A stretch of 29,288 bases of DNA from Oscillospiraceae bacterium (GTDB lineage: Bacteria > Bacillota > Clostridia > Oscillospirales > Oscillospiraceae): NCBI GenBank assembly GCA_017420125.1, contig JAFOJR010000100.1:1-29288 (forward strand), given 5' to 3'. The translations under genes were made by a program, and so were the position numbers. The notes beneath the pieces were generated by a model. It had not been told where the DNA came from, did no database searches, and worked only from the letters and a program-made list of their open reading frames with translations. Positions 24,978 to 29,288 of this stretch are shown one piece after another (within the stretch, counting starts at the first letter, position 1; each line of letters starts with the position of its first letter).

Positions 24978-25832
24978 ATGCCTTATTCTTCTGCGGATCG
25001 CGCCACCGTTTTGGTGGAAGCGCTTCCCTATATTCAAAAGTTCAACGGAAAAACCATTGTGGTGAAATATGGCGGGAACGCCATGGTCAGTGAAGCGCTG
25101 CGCCATGCAGTAATCAGCGACATCGTCCTGTTGTCCCTTGTGGGGATCCGGGTGGTGGTTGTGCACGGCGGCGGTCCGGAAATCAATGATATGCTTCAAC
25201 GAGTGGGAAAGGAATCCCGTTTTGTAAACGGTCTCCGCTATACCGACCAGGAAACAATGGACATTGTTCAAATGGTACTTTGCGGCAAGGTGAACAAAGA
25301 TTTGGTTGCAACCCTGAACCGCATGGGTGGCAAGGCCCTCGGTCTTTGCGGCATAGATAGTGGAATGTTCTCCGCTACCCGGCTGTCTGACGAGTATGGC
25401 CTGGTGGGTGAGATTTCCAGTGTGGATCCCACTATCGTCACGGACACACTGGAACGTGGATATATCCCGGTGATCTCCTCCGTAGCGCTGGGGGAAGACG
25501 CCGAAACCTCCTATAACATCAATGCGGATACAGCGGCCGCCAAACTGGCTGTAGCCATGCACGCGGAGAAACTGATCCTTCTCACTGACGTAAAAGGACT
25601 GCTGCGAGACCCGAAAGACGATTCTACCCTTTTGCGAGTAGTTCCTGTGTCCACTGTTCCCGGGTTGATCAAAGACGGGATCATCTCCGGTGGGATGATT
25701 CCCAAAGTGGACTGCTGTGTGGAAGCCGTCCGCTCCGGCGTATCTCGCACCCATATCTTAGACGGACGACAGCCCCATTCTATTTTGATTGAAATGCTCT
25801 CCGATGAAGGCATCGGAACGATGATTTTATAA
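24978..25832 (+). CDS. argB: Acetylglutamate kinase
   Basis: [62 protein letters not shown].....G.GT. Confidence 0.97.
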   Translation: MPYSSADRATVLVEALPYIQKFNGKTIVVKYGGNAMVSEALRHAVISDIVLLSLVGIRVVVVHGGGPEINDMLQRVGKESRFVNGLRYTDQETMDIVQMVLCGKVNKDLVATLNRMGGKALGLCGIDSGMFSATRLSDEYGLVGEISSVDPTIVTDTLERGYIPVISSVALGEDAETSYNINADTAAAKLAVAMHAEKLILLTDVKGLLRDPKDDSTLLRVVPVSTVPGLIKDGIISGGMIPKVDCCVEAVRSGVSRTHILDGRQPHSILIEMLSDEGIGTMIL

Positions 25833-25910
25833 TATCCTGCCCCTTTTGGGGCAGCACATCCATCCCTTGGCTTTTGTTTCCAGGGATATCCATCAAACGG
25901 GAGGAAGATT

Positions 25911-27110
25911 ATGTCTTTTGAATCATTACAGCAGGCAGATCGGCAGAATGTTCTGCAAACATATGCCCGGTTCCCCGTGGCCATCGACCACGGAGCAGGG
26001 GCAACCCTTTATGATGTAGAAGGGAAAAAGTACATCGATTTCACCAGCGGCATCGGTGTCAACTCCATCGGCTACGGCAATGCCAAATGGGTAGACACCG
26101 TTACCCAGCAGGCCAAAAAACTGGCCCATATTTCCAATCTGTTTTACAGCGAACCCTACATCAAACTGGCCGAAACCCTGTGTCGGCGCAGCGGTATGGC
26201 CGGCGCCTTCTTTGCCAATTCCGGCGCAGAATCAAACGAAGGTATCATCAAGCTGGCCAGAAAATACAGCTTTGACAAATATGGAAAAGGAAGAGGAACT
26301 GTCATCACGCTAAATCAATCTTTCCATGGCAGAACCATTTCCACTTTGGCTGCCACCGGCCAAGAAGTGTTCCACAATTATTTCTTCCCCTTTACCGATG
26401 GTTTCCGCACCACTCCAACCAATGATATGGAAGGTATTTCCGCCGTGGCAGGACACGATGTGTGTGCTGTGCTGCTGGAACTGGTACAGGGAGAAGGCGG
26501 CGTACTTCCGGTAGACCCTGCATTTGTGAAAGACCTTGCCGCTTTGTGCAAAGAGCGGGACTGGCTCCTGCTGGTGGACGAGGTGCAAACCGGCATCGGC
26601 CGCACCGGCACTTTATTTGCGTTCCAGCAGTATGATATCCAGCCCGATGCAGTCAGCTTCGCCAAAGGCATTGCCGGCGGACTTCCCTTCGGCGGATTCC
26701 TCGCCAACGCCCGGTGTAAAGATGTACTCGGCCCCGGCACCCACGCCACCACCTTTGGCGGCAATTTGATCTGTGCTGCAGCCGCCTGCACGGTGCTTGA
26801 CATCTTAAACGACGACATGCTGGAGCAGGTAAAAGAAAAAGGTGCCTACCTCTGTACTCAGATTGAAGCCATGAACAGCCCCCTCCTCGGCACGCCGCGG
26901 GGACTCGGTATGATGATCGGCATTCCTGTTCTGGAAAAAAGCAATAAGGAATTGGCCGTCCAAATGGTGGAAAACGGCCTTCTCTGCCTTACCGCCGGCA
27001 AGGACGCGCTCCGGCTTCTGCCCCCACTGACCATCACAAAGGAAGAAATGGATGAAGGACTTGCCATTATGAAGCAAGTACTTTCCTCTGTGGAGGGAAC
27101 TGCCCAATGA
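25911..27110 (+). CDS. argD: Acetylornithine aminotransferase
   Basis: YIDF.SGIGVN..G, FFANSGAESNE..IKLARK, SFHGRT, E.VQGEGGV, DEVQTG.GRTG, AKG.AGG.P.G, H.TTFGGN, LRLLPPL; position in the arg operon. Confidence 0.95.
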   Translation: MSFESLQQADRQNVLQTYARFPVAIDHGAGATLYDVEGKKYIDFTSGIGVNSIGYGNAKWVDTVTQQAKKLAHISNLFYSEPYIKLAETLCRRSGMAGAFFANSGAESNEGIIKLARKYSFDKYGKGRGTVITLNQSFHGRTISTLAATGQEVFHNYFFPFTDGFRTTPTNDMEGISAVAGHDVCAVLLELVQGEGGVLPVDPAFVKDLAALCKERDWLLLVDEVQTGIGRTGTLFAFQQYDIQPDAVSFAKGIAGGLPFGGFLANARCKDVLGPGTHATTFGGNLICAAAACTVLDILNDDMLEQVKEKGAYLCTQIEAMNSPLLGTPRGLGMMIGIPVLEKSNKELAVQMVENGLLCLTAGKDALRLLPPLTITKEEMDEGLAIMKQVLSSVEGTAQ

Positions 27111-28024
27111 CCCAAAAAAATCTGCTGAAACTCATGGATCTGACTCAGGAAGATATTACAGAAATTCTGGATACCGCCGATCAGATGAAATATAATCTAA
27201 AGCATCATATCCCTCACCCTTCTTTGCAGGGACAAACACTGGCCATGATCTTTGAAAAAAGCTCTACCCGAACCCGTACTTCTTTCGAAGTAGGTATGTA
27301 TCAGTTGGGCGGCCACGCTCTTTTCCTCAGCAGTAAAGAATCTCAACTGGGCAGAGGGGAACCGATCGAGGATACCGCCCGGGTTCTGTCTCGTTATTGC
27401 AATGGGATCATGATTCGCACTTATGCCCAGTCGCAAGTGGAAGATTTGGCCCAATATGCCACCATTCCTGTCATCAACGGCCTCAGCGATTTTTGCCATC
27501 CCTGCCAGGTGCTGGCCGATCTGATGACCATCCGGGAAAAAATGACCCGGCTGGAGGGCTTGAAATTGTGCTATATCGGCGATGGCAACAATATGGCCAA
27601 TTCTCTCATTGTCGGCGGTATCAAATGCGGCATGAAGGTCTCCGTTGCTTGTCCTGATGGATATCTTCCCGATGCTTCTGTAATGGAATTTGCCCGCCAA
27701 AACGGTCAGTTTGAACTGACCGACCAGCCGGAAATTGCCGCAGTGGATGCTGACGCTTTATTTACAGACGTCTGGGCCAGCATGGGCATGGAGCAGGATG
27801 CCGCTGCCCGGCGGATTGCGTTTCAGGGCTATCAGATCAATGATGCCATTATGTCACTGGCGCATCCCGGCGCCATAGTGCAGCATTGCCTGCCTGCCCA
27901 TCGAGGCGAAGAAATCACTGCCCAGGTCTTTGAAGCCCACGCAGATGAAATTTTCGAGGAGGCGGAAAACCGGTTGCATGTCCAAAAAGCCGTTATGCAC
28001 CTCCTGATGCACAAGAACAAATAA
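27107..28024 (+). CDS. argF: Ornithine carbamoyltransferase
   Basis: FEKSSTRTR.SFE, HPCQ.LADL.T, GDGNNMA.S, TDVWASMG, HCLPAHRGEEI, AENRLH.QKA; ATGA overlap with argD. Confidence 0.97.
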   Translation: MTQKNLLKLMDLTQEDITEILDTADQMKYNLKHHIPHPSLQGQTLAMIFEKSSTRTRTSFEVGMYQLGGHALFLSSKESQLGRGEPIEDTARVLSRYCNGIMIRTYAQSQVEDLAQYATIPVINGLSDFCHPCQVLADLMTIREKMTRLEGLKLCYIGDGNNMANSLIVGGIKCGMKVSVACPDGYLPDASVMEFARQNGQFELTDQPEIAAVDADALFTDVWASMGMEQDAAARRIAFQGYQINDAIMSLAHPGAIVQHCLPAHRGEEITAQVFEAHADEIFEEAENRLHVQKAVMHLLMHKNK

Positions 28025-28103
28025 ATCAAATGATTTCTTTTTGCACCGCAAACATTTTTCGAAGCCGTACGCTTTCTGCGGTGTGGATTTGGAATTTCCT
28101 TTG

Positions 28104-28165
28104 CAAGGGGATCGGCGCAGTCGGTTAAGCGACTGTGCCGATCCCCTTGTGCTTTCTTCCTTTTG
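28104..28165 (+). terminator. Terminator of the arg operon
   Basis: 20-bp stem CAAGGGGATCGGCGCAGTCG/CGACTGTGCCGATCCCCTTG (one G-U on the plus strand) then TGCTTTCTTCCTTTT. Confidence 0.8.
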
Positions 28166-28257
28166 TGTGGCACGGTTCGGAAAAAGATTTTAAATATGTG
28201 CGATAAAACGGCCGCTTTCTGCATTATATAATTAGAAACATGTAAAGGAGGCTTTTC

Positions 28258-29121
28258 ATGCGCAAAAACAAACCAGCTCTGTCTTTGGCCCTTATCTGCT
28301 TTTTTCTTCTGTTTTGCGTTTTTTTGCTTTTTCTGCAAAAGTCACAGCCAGGTGCGGATAACAGCCGCCTGATGACTGCCACACTCTTGAAAGTTGGAAA
28401 AGCGGATGCCACCATTATCCAGTCCGGCGAAAATGTCATAGTCATTGACTCAGGCGAGGAAGAGGATGGCGCCGAGGTGCAAGCATTTTTGGCCGCTCAA
28501 AACATTTCCCACATCGACACACTGATTATCACACATTTCGATCAAGATCACGTGGGAGGTGCAGACACTCTGGTGGAACAGATGGACATCGGAACCGTGC
28601 TGCTCCCGGCGTATCATGGAACCAACACGGAGTACGCGGACTTTATTCAAGCCATGAACCGAAAAAGCCTGACACCACAGTCACTGACAGAGCCTTTCCA
28701 CTTCACCCTTGGAAACCTGGATGTTCTGGTGGAACCGCCATTGTCCTGCGAAATCCCAGAAGGATATCTGGAATACGACAACAATTTCTCTCTGTTTGTC
28801 ACTGTGACCTATGCTGAAAATGTACTGCTGTTTACCGGTGACGCTGAGAAACAGCGGATTCGGGAATGGCTGGAAAGCGGGACGGTTTCAAAATGCGACT
28901 TTTTGAAAATGCCCCATCACGGCATTTACACTACTGCCCTGCAGGATCTGATCGATGCCACTACTCCTGCCTATGCGGGTATCTGCACTTCCAAAAAACA
29001 CCCTGCTGATTCCCTGACACTGGACCTTCTAAAATCTTTTGGTATTCGCACGTTCCAGACAAAAGACGGAAATATCATTGTCACCGGCGATGGCAAGCGG
29101 CTGGACGTTCGGCAAACCTGA
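28258..29121 (+). CDS. Membrane-anchored/secreted ComEC/Rec2-type metallo-beta-lactamase-fold hydrolase
   Basis: N-terminal hydrophobic helix; L.VGKADA, VIDSG, ITHFDQDHVGG (HxDxDH), NN.S, FTGDAE, LKMPHHG; SD AAAGGAGG. Confidence 0.9.
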   Translation: MRKNKPALSLALICFFLLFCVFLLFLQKSQPGADNSRLMTATLLKVGKADATIIQSGENVIVIDSGEEEDGAEVQAFLAAQNISHIDTLIITHFDQDHVGGADTLVEQMDIGTVLLPAYHGTNTEYADFIQAMNRKSLTPQSLTEPFHFTLGNLDVLVEPPLSCEIPEGYLEYDNNFSLFVTVTYAENVLLFTGDAEKQRIREWLESGTVSKCDFLKMPHHGIYTTALQDLIDATTPAYAGICTSKKHPADSLTLDLLKSFGIRTFQTKDGNIIVTGDGKRLDVRQT

Positions 29122-29137
29122 AAAGGAGGCGTCCCGT

Positions 29138-29288
29138 ATGGTACAGACTGTATTCAACCGTTATGAAAAAAAATATTTAATGCCTGCATCGATTTATCAC
29201 GAACTGAGATTTCGGCTGTCCCCTTACATGGAAGAGGATCTGTACGGGCTGCATACAATTTGTAATATTTATTATGACACGCCGAACT
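29138..29288 (+). CDS. VTC-domain (polyphosphate polymerase domain) protein, 3'-truncated by the window edge
   Basis: Not in the ORF track. SD AAAGGAGG, then MVQTVFNRYEKKYLMPASIYHELRFRLSPYMEEDLYGLHTICNIYYDTPN; F.RYEKKY and I..IYYDT are typical of this family's N-terminus. Confidence 0.8.
   Translation, partial: MVQTVFNRYEKKYLMPASIYHELRFRLSPYMEEDLYGLHTICNIYYDTPN

Noticed and set aside
28200-28235. Sigma-E-like promoter before the MBL gene
   Set aside because: Too many mismatches (CGATAAA-14-CATTATAT); the TATAAT at 28227-32 has no matching -35 either.
1-29288. Mobile elements, CRISPR arrays, tRNA/rRNA genes, prophage or defence genes
   Set aside because: No transposase or integrase motifs, spacer-separated repeats, cloverleaf with T-loop, or obvious compositional island was seen by eye.

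Overview
Chromosomal housekeeping window from an endospore-forming Firmicute (spmAB present, sigma-A-type promoters; probably a clostridial/Oscillospiraceae-like organism, which is an inference). In order: 5' part of purC (-, missed by the ORF track) with a ~280-nt leader; a lysine-riboswitch-controlled polar amino acid ABC transporter; a P2A cation ATPase; spmAB; a minus-strand run of small membrane ORF-galU-hypothetical-tex-ybaK; hsp20; rsmA; GTP-type PEP carboxykinase; a promoter-driven pair of a serine-palmitoyltransferase-like AOS enzyme and a classical SDR; a DUF554 protein; an ARG-box-controlled argG-H-C-J-B-D-F operon; a ComEC/Rec2-type metallo-beta-lactamase-fold gene; and the start of a VTC-domain gene. 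No mobile element, CRISPR array, rRNA or tRNA was seen. The best candidate for an undescribed system is the spt-like + 3-ketosphinganine-reductase-like pair at 16863-18899, which would give a Gram-positive spore former the first two steps of sphingolipid synthesis. Secondary leads are a uORF-plus-terminator attenuator before purC, a candidate C-rich sRNA and an anti-SD element before spmA, and a structured argG leader. All family assignments come from motifs read by eye and recalled sequences; no search was run.
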